DNA from: Candidatus Raymondbacteria bacterium RIFOXYA2_FULL_49_16 | Lineage (GTDB): Bacteria; Fibrobacterota; OXYB2-FULL-49-7; XYB2-FULL-49-35 | Length of the DNA: 64,000 nucleotides | Assembly (NCBI GenBank): GCA_001789205.1 | Contig: MFYT01000039.1 | Coordinates: forward strand, 85,295-149,294 | Direction of reading: 5' to 3' | Shown here: positions 40,199-50,986 of the stretch, one piece after another | Layout of the letters: every line of letters starts with the position of its first letter | Numbering within the stretch: the first letter of the stretch is position 1 | Program-made: the position numbers and the translations under genes | The notes under the pieces: model-generated | Told to the model about the DNA's origin: nothing | The model's input: only the letters and a program-made list of their open reading frames with translations | The model's database searches: none

Positions 40199-41758
40199 TT
40201 ATCTGACCAGCGCGACCTTTTTGGAAAACCGTTTCCCCTTGGCAAGACAATTCAGAATGTATACGCCTGGAGATATGTCTCGCGCATCCCACACAATAGT
40301 ATTCCGAGGTTTTAATGCTGCGCATTTGATCACTTGTCCCCGTAGGTTTGATAACTTCACTTGAGCATTGGATTCGCAATTCGATAGTGAAACGGTCATA
40401 CTGGCGTTACATGGGTTTGGGGAGACCGCCAGTTCCGTTTCCCGCCCTGTAATTGCTTCTTCAACAGCATCCGGAGAGAACTGGTACGCGCCTGCGGTTG
40501 CTAGGGCGGGCCGCGTCCGGCCTTCAAGGTCATAGACTGCTTCAGCAATGCTCGGTACCTGAAAATCACGCGTGGGATGAAAATCATAGACATCAGAAAC
40601 GCTGTTGAACGCGGACGGGGCCTGCACCCGCACATTATCAGCGTCATAGCACCCGCTGGAAAACGCTCCCCCAAAATACACATTGTTCCGTGCGGGAACC
40701 TGGTTGAAACATGTGCCCAGAGAGCCATCACCCTCCGGGTTCCATATGGTGTTGTGATATATCCATCCATTGGTCACGCTGCTGCCGATCTCAAAACTGA
40801 CATTGTATCTGAACCGCGGATCAGGGTCGTCGGCAACGACGATATTATTCAACGCCCACATGAAATTGCCGCCCGAACCCATGATGGCCATGCGCGCTCC
40901 CATATTGCAATTGATTATCAGATTGCCTTCGGTCAGCACTGAGTCGGTATGGTCCCACATAAGGATTGCGTCTGAATTGCCGCTGCCACCCTGCCTGAAG
41001 TTCCTGAAGAGGTTGTACCTGATGATCCAATTGACGCCCTTGTGGACATCCACACCCTGTGTTTCATACGTGCTTTCCGCGAAAAGCGCGTCGGTATAAT
41101 GCAGGTAGCTGCATTCGACAATGCAGTCCCTACTGCTGATCCCTGTGCCTGCCGCCACTTTTACCATCTGGCTGCCGCAGTCGTGCAGTTCAATGTTGTG
41201 CATGATGATATTCCGCCCCGAGTACCCTGTATTGCCGTCGATCTTGATCATTTTACCGGGGAAATTGCGTATGGTGAGGTCGGCAATGACAAAATGCTGC
41301 ACATCCTGCGTCTGGATGAACGACGCGATGCCGCACGGGCTGGGGCCACCGTATTCACTTGACTTCCAGAAGTTTGGGCTGGTCCTTGGGTCGAGTCCGG
41401 CCAAAACAACGTCTTCCCGGCGGCCGGTTTCGCCGCGTACCATGATGCAGCGCCGCGGTTCGGTGCTGCCGCCAATCGTGATGTTCCGGCAGCCAAGTAT
41501 GTACGGGGCAGTGTCCGCGGCGATCACGTAGGTTGTACTGTCGTCCTTGTTGAGCTGGTTGAGGAACTGCATGAAACTGATGGACCCATTGCCGCCAAAC
41601 CGCGTGACGCGCACGATGCTGTTCTCCGCGCATGGCGCGTAGGATTCAACATGTTCCTGGTGCCATTCGGCGCATCCGCAGGATGCCGGAGGCCAGGATA
41701 CTTGGGCGCTAGCGAACGCACAAGCGCTTGTGACCATTACTGCTGCAATTTTCCCCAA
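40199..41758 (-). CDS. Secreted right-handed beta-helix protein with C-terminal sorting-like tail
   Basis: Asn-ladder repeats (IRYNLF, EGNLI, NNIV, YHNTI); AGAYQF; tail SPNPCN...PGVY...KKVALVR. Confidence 0.7.
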   Translation of the reverse strand: MGKIAAVMVTSACAFASAQVSWPPASCGCAEWHQEHVESYAPCAENSIVRVTRFGGNGSISFMQFLNQLNKDDSTTYVIAADTAPYILGCRNITIGGSTEPRRCIMVRGETGRREDVVLAGLDPRTSPNFWKSSEYGGPSPCGIASFIQTQDVQHFVIADLTIRNFPGKMIKIDGNTGYSGRNIIMHNIELHDCGSQMVKVAAGTGISSRDCIVECSYLHYTDALFAESTYETQGVDVHKGVNWIIRYNLFRNFRQGGSGNSDAILMWDHTDSVLTEGNLIINCNMGARMAIMGSGGNFMWALNNIVVADDPDPRFRYNVSFEIGSSVTNGWIYHNTIWNPEGDGSLGTCFNQVPARNNVYFGGAFSSGCYDADNVRVQAPSAFNSVSDVYDFHPTRDFQVPSIAEAVYDLEGRTRPALATAGAYQFSPDAVEEAITGRETELAVSPNPCNASMTVSLSNCESNAQVKLSNLRGQVIKCAALKPRNTIVWDARDISPGVYILNCLAKGKRFSKKVALVR

Positions 41759-41866
41759 TTTTCCCCCTTAAATCCATTTTAAAAATAGCCCTTCCTGCCG
41801 GGGAAAACAAGTAAAAAAGGCGGCGTGGCAGGTATTTAAGCCCTGGGACTGTAGGAAAAATTATAT

Positions 41867-42961
41867 TTGAGAAACATGGCTTCTCCGACTGCAAAGCGAA
41901 TTCTGGTCGCGCCCCTGGATTGGGGGCTGGGCCATGCCACCCGGTGCATACCCATAATCCGGCTGCTGCTCTCGCGCGGCCACGAAGTAATGGTTGCCGG
42001 CGACACTGGTCTTCTCAGCGAGACCTTTCCCGGACTTGCCTCGTTTTCCCTGGTGCGTTACAATATGACGTACGCGGCCACGCCTTTTGGCATGGCGCTG
42101 AAATTCCCTGCCATGGTATTGCGCGTTCTGAGAAAATCGCGGCAGGAGCATCGCGAACTTGAGGCATTGATCGAAAAACACCGCATTGATGTTGTTATTT
42201 CCGACCAGCGGTTCGGCTGTTATTCGGCCAAGGCTAGGTCAATTTACCTTACGCACCAGTTGTGCGTAAAAATGCCCAATGGGTTTGGCTTTTTCGAGGC
42301 CTTGGTTGCCCGCAGCCTGCGGTATGCGGCCAACAGGTTCCATGAAGTATGGGTCCCGGATGTTCCGGGTCAGGATAACCTTACCGGAGACCTTACGCAA
42401 AAATATCCAGCGCCAAACCATCGCCGTTTCATCGGCGTGCTTTCGCGTTTTGGGACCCAAGCCCCTGCTATCGGTGATGGTGAACGGATCGACCTTCTGG
42501 TCATGCTTTCCGGACCCGAACCCCAGCGGACCATGTTTGAGCGGAAAGTGCTGTCGCATTTACGGGCTTTTTCAGGCGCGGCAATTGTTTTGCTCGGCCG
42601 TCCAAATACAATTCTGGCTGAGAAGTATCCGCACAATATCCAGGTTTTTGCCCACTTGCCATCAGCGGACATTGAACGTTTTATCAGGGGAGCGAACGCT
42701 ATTGTGTGCAGAGGCGGATACACGACAATCATGGATCTGGTTTCGCTGAAGAAAAAGGCGCTGCTGGTGCCCACACCCGGTCAGAGTGAACAGGAATATC
42801 TGTGCGCCCGGCTTTCGCGCAGCAGCATGTTCGCGTCAATGGACCAGGAGACGTTTGATTTGCGCAAGGGAATGGACATGCTTCAGCGATACAGCCACTC
42901 TTCTTTGCCTAAGAGCGATACAACCCTTCTTATCGAGGCTTTTGAAGCCAATGGGCTTTAG
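41867..42961 (+). CDS. Glycosyltransferase (GT-B, GT28 C-terminal-like)
   Basis: PLDWGLGHATR, SGPEPQR, RGGYTTIMD, PTPGQSEQEY. Confidence 0.88.
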   Translation: MRNMASPTAKRILVAPLDWGLGHATRCIPIIRLLLSRGHEVMVAGDTGLLSETFPGLASFSLVRYNMTYAATPFGMALKFPAMVLRVLRKSRQEHRELEALIEKHRIDVVISDQRFGCYSAKARSIYLTHQLCVKMPNGFGFFEALVARSLRYAANRFHEVWVPDVPGQDNLTGDLTQKYPAPNHRRFIGVLSRFGTQAPAIGDGERIDLLVMLSGPEPQRTMFERKVLSHLRAFSGAAIVLLGRPNTILAEKYPHNIQVFAHLPSADIERFIRGANAIVCRGGYTTIMDLVSLKKKALLVPTPGQSEQEYLCARLSRSSMFASMDQETFDLRKGMDMLQRYSHSSLPKSDTTLLIEAFEANGL

Positions 42962-42982
42962 CGCGACCGCATATATTTTAAC

Positions 42983-44638
42983 TTATTTCATCAATATCAG
43001 ACGTTTTTCCATGGTCTGAGCGCCTATTTGCGCTCTGGCAATGTACATGCCCGAGGGAAGATGAGATGCGTCCCAGGTAATACACGTTGGCAACTGGCAG
43101 TTGGCCCGCGAAGCGAGGCGAGCAGCTGACAGCTTCTGGAGACGCTTCCCATGTATGTTCAAAATATTTATTTCTATCATCTCTTCACCTGCAATCACCC
43201 GCCCGTGTATCGTTATTCTTGTGCTTGGATTAAGGGGATTGGGGCATGCTTCCATAATGGGACAATCCCATTCCGGCGAGGCGGGCGCTGGTGCGGCGCG
43301 GGTATGAGACTGCTTGACAATAAGTACTCGGCGATACCGCGTCAGGGCAGGACTGCCGTTGTCTGTCACGATGAGCACCACGTGGATTGTGTCAGTATCG
43401 TCAATATCTGACGGTACGAGTACATTCGCCGTCTGCGCGGTTGAATCCGCTATATGGACCAGGCCATTGTATGTCCCGGCTTCCCGGTAGTACTCCCAAA
43501 CGTACGATAGCGCATTGCCGTCAGGATCGCTGGAGCCTGCGGCGCTGAGCGGCACCGTGCTTCCCGGAGAAGCCTCAATGGTCAGATGGGTAAGGTCATC
43601 ACTGCCGTTCACCACGGGAACGGGTTCATGATTGGCTTGGGAAAATCCTTTTACGCACCAGTCCATGCGCGCCTTGAAATCGTTCTGCAAATGGACTGCC
43701 CAGCGTTTGAGCGTGTTGTCGCGGTTGGTGCTCCCCTGCCAGGCGTCCTGCTGGTCCGGCCACGTATATTGAGGACCCCTCGCATAGGGTCCATTGTCAG
43801 TGGCACTGTACCGTCCTGCCCATCCTCCCCATTGCGGGCGCATGGGCTCGCACAGTCCGTTGGGAATGACCAGCAGAAATTCATGCGTGTCTCCCTCCTT
43901 CTGGATCGTATATAACGCACCAAGAGGACCATGGTTCGTCAGGACATCCGCGGTAATATTGAACCCGCCCGCGTTATAGGTAAGCGGCTCGAACCGGTGA
44001 TACCATCTGGAGCCGAACGCTTCGCACGGATAGGTCCCGCATTTTGTGTATGTTAGAATTCGCCAGAGCGGTATTATTGAAGTATCATGGGCCCCGAATT
44101 TGGGATCGCCGTTTATCCTGATTTTGTTCTTGAACGCTTCATATCCGGCCTGACCGCGTTCCGCAAGGACCTTGTCGAGTGCGCGCCACAAGCTGGATTT
44201 TGTTCCGTCGTCCGCACCCCAGTTGGAGAACCACACGGGACGCGGGTCAGCCTTATCCACGGCCGCTATGATCAGATTAACGCCGTCGTCAACAGTATTG
44301 TATCCGGCAACGGTACGGTCCCAGAGAAACTGTTTAGCGGGAAAATCCGCCTTATGCTGTTTCAGTGAATCGTACACCTCTCCGTAGGCGTTCACATAGC
44401 TTTGCACAATCGCCAGACCGGTTGGTAGCGGATTGGGATTGTCCGACCGGGTAACAGGCCGCGTGGCAATAATGCCCTCAATGTCCCATTCATTGGCATA
44501 CAAGAACCAGCGTACCAGAGAAGCTTCATCATCAGGGTCGCCACCAGCATCGGTTTCAATAATACAACGAATTTTTTCAGCATAACCGGTTGCCGCGAAA
44601 ACAGTTATGCAAAAAATAATACATATTTTCTTCAGCAT
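42983..44638 (-). CDS. Secreted DUF1593 / nucleoside-hydrolase-like protein with PKD-like domain and sorting-like tail
   Basis: ETDAGGDPDDEASLVR, KEGDT, GGWAGRY, QNDFKARMDWC, SDPDGN; CPNPLNP tail. Confidence 0.8.
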   Translation of the reverse strand: MLKKICIIFCITVFAATGYAEKIRCIIETDAGGDPDDEASLVRWFLYANEWDIEGIIATRPVTRSDNPNPLPTGLAIVQSYVNAYGEVYDSLKQHKADFPAKQFLWDRTVAGYNTVDDGVNLIIAAVDKADPRPVWFSNWGADDGTKSSLWRALDKVLAERGQAGYEAFKNKIRINGDPKFGAHDTSIIPLWRILTYTKCGTYPCEAFGSRWYHRFEPLTYNAGGFNITADVLTNHGPLGALYTIQKEGDTHEFLLVIPNGLCEPMRPQWGGWAGRYSATDNGPYARGPQYTWPDQQDAWQGSTNRDNTLKRWAVHLQNDFKARMDWCVKGFSQANHEPVPVVNGSDDLTHLTIEASPGSTVPLSAAGSSDPDGNALSYVWEYYREAGTYNGLVHIADSTAQTANVLVPSDIDDTDTIHVVLIVTDNGSPALTRYRRVLIVKQSHTRAAPAPASPEWDCPIMEACPNPLNPSTRITIHGRVIAGEEMIEINILNIHGKRLQKLSAARLASRANCQLPTCITWDASHLPSGMYIARAQIGAQTMEKRLILMK

Positions 44639-44731
44639 AGTACCTCCTTACCTCTTCAAACAAATTATCATAATCCATGGTGAAAAGCTTGAGAATTCAC
44701 ATTTTTATACTGTGAATTCGCCGGGAAAATC

Positions 44732-46243
44732 CTAAGATAGGCTTTTTTCCTTCTTCCGATAGTCAGAGGGGGTTGTTCCAACGGCCTTTTTAAATACCGT
44801 GGAGAAGTGTTCCAGGGAATTATACCCAGCTTCCATGGATATTTCCGTTATGGACTTTTCTGTACCGGAAAGAAGGCATTGGGCCAGCGTAATCCGTTCC
44901 GTGTTGAGGTATTGGGGAAAGGTCATGCCGGTTTTCTGGTTGAAGAGTATGGAGAACTTTCCCTTGTTAACCGCAATAATCCTGGCTGCATCCTCAATGC
45001 GCAAATCAGCGTTTCCGAGGTTTTCTTTAATGTGCAGCAATACCGCATCCAGGGGGTCTCCGATCGGGTGCATCTTGGGTGCGCTACGGACCTTCCGCAG
45101 TATTACTATAAACGCAAAAAGGACGATACCCGCGCAGATGAGGAGTACAAGCATGCATGGTCGGTTGTGGTTTCTGACGAAAACCAAGTTTCCCCATTCA
45201 GAGGGAAAATCGTTGGCCGCAATTGAAACGCCGCTCCAGGTGGTCCGTATGCATTTGCCGTCTTCGCGTTCCCAGTTTCCATTGAAAAAATCAAACCCAA
45301 TAGTATCATTGTTTCGGGGAATTGGCATGCGCAATTCGGTCCAGGGAATGAACAACTCAACGGTATATCCGGAATCCCGGTCTGAATAGTTGTTCACGGT
45401 CCCGAGTATTTGAACCGCTTTCCGGACACCTGTTCCCCAGATATACACCTGCCCGTTTTGGTAATCGAAAACATTCCCCTGGGTCGAATCCACAGATATG
45501 ATTATCTCGCAGTCACCGGTGTCGCGATATACGTTCCGGTCGTGGACCCGGTCAAAACACAGTTCAATGTTATCGTCGTACCACAGCGGAATAATCCGTG
45601 TCGCCGACCCTTCGAATTCTTCTGAAAGCGGCAGCCGCGGTGAGATTGCCGTGAGGTGGCGGTCGTGGACCATGCTTGCGAAGTAAAGCCCGGTTTCGTT
45701 CCAGAAAGACCAGAGCGATATCAGGTTGTCGGTTGAGAGCGTCAGTACCGGCGCCAGTTGCCGCCACTCATCGAGTACGCCGTCTATGCGAATATTTTTT
45801 TTCAGATACGGGACGTTTAGGGCAATGGTTTTATATTCCTGGTTCCGGTCAAAAAAGAGGGGGCGTGATGATTCGGGAAAAACCGTGTCTGTCCCAGACC
45901 CCTGCAAAAAAATGACCGCCATAAGCCACTTTTGTTTAAGGTATTGGTCGGGTATGCCGTGGCAGTCCCAGGCAAATTCGTAGGGTGGAACAGCAACCGG
46001 GCCGATCCGTAAAAAAGGGCTGCTCTGCGCGTTGAATGTATTGAAATTTTTTGTTTCGGCCATGCGATAATAAAAGACCACGGAATCGGCCTTCAGGGTA
46101 TCGATATCCACCTCAAGCCTGACCCGGTCGCCTGTAACCACGGAAAACGGTGCGGGTTTAATGAATCGGGGTGCGGCGCAGAGTGTAAGCGCAAAAAGAG
46201 GAATACCGAGGACCCGCAGATATGGCATACGGGTAAAATACAT
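44732..46243 (-). CDS. Membrane-anchored AraC-family regulator with CBM9-like sensor domain
   Basis: IRIDGVLDEW, DNIELCFD and YTVELFIPW (CBM9/DOMON-like); TM; AraC HTH. Confidence 0.85.
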   Translation of the reverse strand: MYFTRMPYLRVLGIPLFALTLCAAPRFIKPAPFSVVTGDRVRLEVDIDTLKADSVVFYYRMAETKNFNTFNAQSSPFLRIGPVAVPPYEFAWDCHGIPDQYLKQKWLMAVIFLQGSGTDTVFPESSRPLFFDRNQEYKTIALNVPYLKKNIRIDGVLDEWRQLAPVLTLSTDNLISLWSFWNETGLYFASMVHDRHLTAISPRLPLSEEFEGSATRIIPLWYDDNIELCFDRVHDRNVYRDTGDCEIIISVDSTQGNVFDYQNGQVYIWGTGVRKAVQILGTVNNYSDRDSGYTVELFIPWTELRMPIPRNNDTIGFDFFNGNWEREDGKCIRTTWSGVSIAANDFPSEWGNLVFVRNHNRPCMLVLLICAGIVLFAFIVILRKVRSAPKMHPIGDPLDAVLLHIKENLGNADLRIEDAARIIAVNKGKFSILFNQKTGMTFPQYLNTERITLAQCLLSGTEKSITEISMEAGYNSLEHFSTVFKKAVGTTPSDYRKKEKSLS

Positions 46244-46385
46244 GTTTCAATGCATTGAAAAAAATGACAATAAGTATATGATTTTAACCAATCGTTGTAT
46301 GTATATGTTCTTACTGAACTGGCTTTTTTTCCCTTGTTATCGTGGTCCAGGAGGGTTATTTTTTTAAAGAAGAGGACGAATTTAC

Positions 46386-47585
46386 ATGCGGAATATGGAA
46401 AGCGTGGGCCTGTCTCGCCATCGTGTCCGCTACGAATCTTTCGGAGGAATACTTTCTTCAACCGACCCGCCTTTTCTTGCATGGGTTGATCGCACATTTC
46501 TCAGAGACGCCGGCTACGAAGAAAGTCCTTTATGGCATACAGATGACCCAGGGTATCTTTCGGCCCCCACTGAAGCGCATTTCTCAATAACAGAAAAGTG
46601 CAGCAGCGGATGTGCGGGGTGCTACATGGATTCTTGCGGAGAGACTGCCGTTGATCTTTCCCTTGAAGAGGTAAAGGCCGTTCTTGATACCTTGCGTGCC
46701 ATGGGCGTCTTTCATGTGGCGTTAGGGGGTGGGGAGGCTTTTGAACGGCCGGACTTTGAGGACATTGCCGCCTACTGCCGCGAAATCGGCCTGGTCCCAA
46801 ATCTTACCACCAATGGACAGCGAATGGGTGACCGCGAAATCGGCATATGCAGAATGATGGGTCAGGTAAATGTGTCCCTGGACGGGCTGGAAAGCCACTA
46901 TGGAGTAAACGGAAGAGCCGGGAGCTTTGAGCGGGCAGACCAGGCGTTGCGGAAACTCCGCGCCGCTGGCATTGCGGCAGGTATAAATTGTGTTGTATCT
47001 GTGAAAAATTATTCCCATATCAAAGATATAGCGGAATACGCCTGCACCCGCGGACTGGCGGAAATTGAATTCCTTAAATACAAGCCCTCGGGCAGAGGAA
47101 AAGACCGGTACCCGGATTTCGCGCTCAGCCAGGAGATGATCCGTTCTTTTTATCCGCGTATCCAGGAAATCGCCGCATCCCTGCCTGTGGAAATTAAAAT
47201 TGACTGTTCCTTTATTCCGGCAATGATGTACCATCACCCTCCTCTTGAAGAACTGGAGAAATGGGCGGTGGCTGGCTGTGACGGAGGAAACATGCTTTTG
47301 GGAATACGAAGCAGCGGTGTTTTTTCCGCCTGTTCTTTTATTTCAAACAATGACGCCGAAAGCGCTTTATCCCTTAAAACACACTGGCACACCTCAGCGC
47401 ACCTTTCACGATTCAGACGATGGACACAAAACCCTCCCGAACCCTGCGCGTCGTGCACCTATCTAACCATCTGCAGGGGTGGATGCCGGGCAGTGGCATT
47501 ATATTATAACCATGATTTCTCCTCGCCCGACCCTGAATGTCCGTTCGTATACGATTATATGTGCTGTAAAGGAGCCCTTAAATGA
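46386..47585 (+). CDS. Radical SAM/SPASM-domain protein (putative peptide maturase)
   Basis: CSSGCAGC; GGGE; SPASM cysteines GCDGG...ACSF...CASC...CRGGCRA...PDPEC. Confidence 0.92.
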   Translation: MRNMESVGLSRHRVRYESFGGILSSTDPPFLAWVDRTFLRDAGYEESPLWHTDDPGYLSAPTEAHFSITEKCSSGCAGCYMDSCGETAVDLSLEEVKAVLDTLRAMGVFHVALGGGEAFERPDFEDIAAYCREIGLVPNLTTNGQRMGDREIGICRMMGQVNVSLDGLESHYGVNGRAGSFERADQALRKLRAAGIAAGINCVVSVKNYSHIKDIAEYACTRGLAEIEFLKYKPSGRGKDRYPDFALSQEMIRSFYPRIQEIAASLPVEIKIDCSFIPAMMYHHPPLEELEKWAVAGCDGGNMLLGIRSSGVFSACSFISNNDAESALSLKTHWHTSAHLSRFRRWTQNPPEPCASCTYLTICRGGCRAVALYYNHDFSSPDPECPFVYDYMCCKGALK

Positions 47586-47755
47586 ATAAACCAGTCATTC
47601 TGCCTGAAGGCGTCTTAAAAATTAAAAGAGGATATAATCCCAACTCAAGCAGTATCGGCAGCGTTGTATACAGTTTTCCCTATGCCTTTATAGCTTTAAG
47701 CGCGGTTCTCGCCGTGATCGCGCTTTTAAAAAAGAAGAAAGATAAAACCCCATGA
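47582..47755 (+). CDS. 57-aa membrane-anchored peptide A (GYNPNSSSIG motif); not in ORF track
   Basis: MNKPVILPEGVLKIKRGYNPNSSSIGSVVYSFPYAFIALSAVLAVIALLKKKKDKTP; GGAG RBS; ATGA overlaps at both ends; paralog at 50983. Confidence 0.88.
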   Translation: MNKPVILPEGVLKIKRGYNPNSSSIGSVVYSFPYAFIALSAVLAVIALLKKKKDKTP

Positions 47756-49179
47756 GTCTTCCAAACGCCGCGGCAATTGCCGCGTGCCTTTTCTGCGGGG
47801 TATACGCTCAGCCTTTTTCAGCCCTCAGCCAGGGGACCGCGAAAGACGTGTTTTCTTTTCAAAAGGAACTGCGCACTGCTCTGGAAAACCCATACAAATA
47901 TTTTCATACCGGCGCTTTTATTGCTCTCATAGATCCGGTCATCAGCGATAGTACCGCCATTGTGAGCGATATTCCAGCCGATTCCATAAAGACGCTGCTG
48001 GAACAGGCCCGCGCCCGGCACTCCTATCCCCTTGTATTTGTCTTTAGTCTTCTGTATGCGTCGGCCAGCGCTGGTACGTCCTCTAAAACCGAATGCGCCT
48101 GTTTAAACGAAGCGGCAAGCCTCGCCTTCCGACGGCTCAGCAGGCCCCATGAAGCGCTTCGCATTTTCAAAGCAGCTTCTTTACGGGGATGCGAAGGGTC
48201 GTATGATTCAGCCGAAACGGTTGACCGCTATATCGAAAGCGATATGAGCATTGACGCCCTGTTAAAGGAAAAGTTCTACCGGAAGGACAGTGTGGAAAAA
48301 GAGCGGTATGTATCAGCCCTCATCGCCGATCTCACCGCCCATCCGCATTCCTCTCTCCGAATGGAAGCGATGAAACGGCTGGGCGATGTCTATTTTGATC
48401 TTAAAAATTATCCGAAAATGAAACGATGGTATTTGAAAGTCCTGCAGACCGACCCGTCCCTGCGCAAGACTACGCCAATCGGATACCGGCTTACTATCGG
48501 AGACAGCCATATCAAACGCACTACCATACTGTATTTATTTTACGCATCCTACCTGTTTCTGGGATTTTTTCTTTTACGGCGCATACGGAGCGGGGGTGGC
48601 ATTGATACAGCCTTTCTGTTCAAACGCTTCTCCCTATTCGCCCTAGCGCTACTACTGTTCGGCATAGTGCTGTTCTTGGCCGACCTGATACTTTTTAAGC
48701 GGACAATCGGCGAACTGCTCAAGCAGGAGTCGTTCGCCTTGCGCTTCACCGATCCGGTAGTCCCGCTGAGCTTTCTTGATGTTGTTCCGCGAATCCTCCT
48801 GATAAAAATATTCTGTATTGGCCTGGCACCGCTTCTGTTCGCCACGCTCTGCAGCGCCACGAACAAATCCCGCTCCCGGCTTACCGGAAGTGCGGCGCTG
48901 CTGGTTTTCACCGCTGTACTATGGGGGCATTTTACCGTCGCCAGTTTCTATAACGAATACCTGTATAATGACGGCATCATCCTCAAGAGCCGCTACCTCT
49001 ACTCAGGCGAAATTGAATCGCTGCTGATGAACGACCTGGATAAAGTGATTAAAGCAAACCCGGATTTTTTCTTTAAAAGCAAAAATTCCGATCTTCGGGT
49101 TTTTATACGCAAGAACTTTTCAGAAGAGATGCGCAGCAAAACGCCCATGGGAGACTATTATCGTGAACAGAGACGCTGA
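47752..49179 (+). CDS. TPR-like membrane protein
   Basis: Signal-like N-terminus; TPR-like LGDVYFDLKNYPKMKRWYLKVL; about four C-terminal TM helices. Confidence 0.7.
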   Translation: MSLPNAAAIAACLFCGVYAQPFSALSQGTAKDVFSFQKELRTALENPYKYFHTGAFIALIDPVISDSTAIVSDIPADSIKTLLEQARARHSYPLVFVFSLLYASASAGTSSKTECACLNEAASLAFRRLSRPHEALRIFKAASLRGCEGSYDSAETVDRYIESDMSIDALLKEKFYRKDSVEKERYVSALIADLTAHPHSSLRMEAMKRLGDVYFDLKNYPKMKRWYLKVLQTDPSLRKTTPIGYRLTIGDSHIKRTTILYLFYASYLFLGFFLLRRIRSGGGIDTAFLFKRFSLFALALLLFGIVLFLADLILFKRTIGELLKQESFALRFTDPVVPLSFLDVVPRILLIKIFCIGLAPLLFATLCSATNKSRSRLTGSAALLVFTAVLWGHFTVASFYNEYLYNDGIILKSRYLYSGEIESLLMNDLDKVIKANPDFFFKSKNSDLRVFIRKNFSEEMRSKTPMGDYYREQRR

Positions 49180-49180
49180 T

Positions 49181-50986
49181 ATGCGATTCCTGCCGCTTTT
49201 GGCCTGTTTTCTTCTGCTTGTCTGCGGACCGCAAAGGCACGGGGGTACGCTGCCTGAACTCACCGTCATCGACCGCTTTTCCGCCAGCATAGAATGGAGC
49301 ACGGCAAACGCGATCCGGGGTATGCTGTTGTATGCCGCGGAAGGCGAGACCGAACGGACCATAACCGAAGAAACCCGGACAACGTTTCATCACATAACCA
49401 TATCAGGCCTGCTTCCCGATAAAGTGCATACCTACCGGATCAACAGTGGTCCTGATCATACATACCGTTTCCGCACTGCTCCGGGAGCCACATCGTCTTT
49501 CAGGTTCGCGCTTATTGAGACATATGAGAAAACCCTGCAACAGGCATATCCCGATTTTGTCATTATTACTAGCGCCGATTCACACGTCTGCCGTGAAATC
49601 ATAAAAAAATATGCGGACCTCCATACCGGAACCGCCTTTTATTATGGAACGTTTGCCTTTACCTGGGGAAACAGCACATTTTCTTCAGATACAATAATCG
49701 ACTCAAAAAGTGAAAATCGTTTTTTGCTGGCTGCCACACAGTTGCCCGAATCCGCTGACAGCAATACGGCCTTGATTGTCCTTGATAAAAAAGCCCCATT
49801 GGGGATTGATACAACAGACCAGGCAATAACGGTGCATACCGCCGGGACAGCGTTGCTGTTTGAAGTGCAGGGTCCTGAAATTATCGCATCATTGATTAAC
49901 ACTGCATCCAACAACCCTGCCGAACTTACTGTGCGCCGGGGAAGCCTCGATTATAAGAAAAGCTGCGTCTATTGCCGCCGTCTTCTTGAAGACCGGAAAT
50001 ACCATGAAAGCATCAGGTGGTATCGGCGGTTCATGGAGAACGATACCGCTACTTCGCGTATCGACGATGCGTTATACCAGGTAGCCTATATATACGATCA
50101 TTATCTCTTTGATTATCCCAATGCGGTTTCTTCCTATCAGGAACTGGTGGACCGGTTTCCAGAAAGCAGCAAGGTCCGTACCGCCAGGTTCAGGATATCT
50201 TATATCAGCACTCATGCTGACCACGGATTTGAACCGCTTAAAGTGTTTGAGCGCGCCCGGCTTTCCCGTTTTCAGATAAATAGTGAGGAGTCTGCCCGTG
50301 AAGTAGAGGAACTTTTATCGAAATATCCGGGGACCTCCCTTGAAAAGGACATTCTTTTCTGGCTTGGTAATGTCTATGCTCCGGCGCATTCTGAGAAAGC
50401 GCTTTCCTGCTTTCTCCGCCTGGCCAAAGACAGCAATGCGGAGACCGCGTGGCGCGGAGGAATGGCCGCAGCAGACCTGTATTATCGCGACAGCAGATAT
50501 ACAGAAGCGCGACAGCAGTATATATTGCTCAGGTCTTACGCCGGCCAGGACCGGGCGGCCCTGGAAATAAAAATCAGCAGGTGCATACGAAATGCCCGTA
50601 GAGAAGTTGTCAGAATAGTTTTCCTGATATTCACCCTTGCCGTCATGCTCGCGTCACTTTGTATAAAGCCCCGTCCCGCGGCTGCCGCTCTATGTACGCG
50701 GTTCCTCGCTTTTCTTGCGGTTTACGCTGTGGCAGCAGCGCTGCCCTTTTTGATCTGGAAAGACTTTCTCATGCAAGCAAAGAACTTTACCCTCGCGGCA
50801 ATACCCGTACTGGCGTTTTCCTCAACGCTGATCAAAGAACGGTTTCCGCTTTTTTTTGCTGGAATAGACAACACGGTTTTACGCCTTTGCGTATCTCTTG
50901 CCGCGGCGTGTATGTTTACGCTGGGTATAATATACCTTTTGTTGTATTATTTTCATTATCTCTTTATTGTTGAAGGCATAGTATGA
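49181..50986 (+). CDS. FN3/purple-acid-phosphatase-N-like plus TPR membrane protein
   Basis: HHITISGLLPDKVHTYRI...FRTAP; CVYC; BamD/YbgF-like TPR (DDALYQVAY...YQELVDRFPES); about four C-terminal TMs. Alternative GTG start at 49163. Confidence 0.7.
   Translation: MRFLPLLACFLLLVCGPQRHGGTLPELTVIDRFSASIEWSTANAIRGMLLYAAEGETERTITEETRTTFHHITISGLLPDKVHTYRINSGPDHTYRFRTAPGATSSFRFALIETYEKTLQQAYPDFVIITSADSHVCREIIKKYADLHTGTAFYYGTFAFTWGNSTFSSDTIIDSKSENRFLLAATQLPESADSNTALIVLDKKAPLGIDTTDQAITVHTAGTALLFEVQGPEIIASLINTASNNPAELTVRRGSLDYKKSCVYCRRLLEDRKYHESIRWYRRFMENDTATSRIDDALYQVAYIYDHYLFDYPNAVSSYQELVDRFPESSKVRTARFRISYISTHADHGFEPLKVFERARLSRFQINSEESAREVEELLSKYPGTSLEKDILFWLGNVYAPAHSEKALSCFLRLAKDSNAETAWRGGMAAADLYYRDSRYTEARQQYILLRSYAGQDRAALEIKISRCIRNARREVVRIVFLIFTLAVMLASLCIKPRPAAAALCTRFLAFLAVYAVAAALPFLIWKDFLMQAKNFTLAAIPVLAFSSTLIKERFPLFFAGIDNTVLRLCVSLAAACMFTLGIIYLLLYYFHYLFIVEGIV

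Noticed and set aside
46386..47585. Assignment as PqqE, MftC or heme d1/Ahb radical SAM
   Set aside because: There are no pqq, mycofactocin or heme-biosynthesis partner genes, and the adjacent peptides resemble neither PqqA nor MftA.
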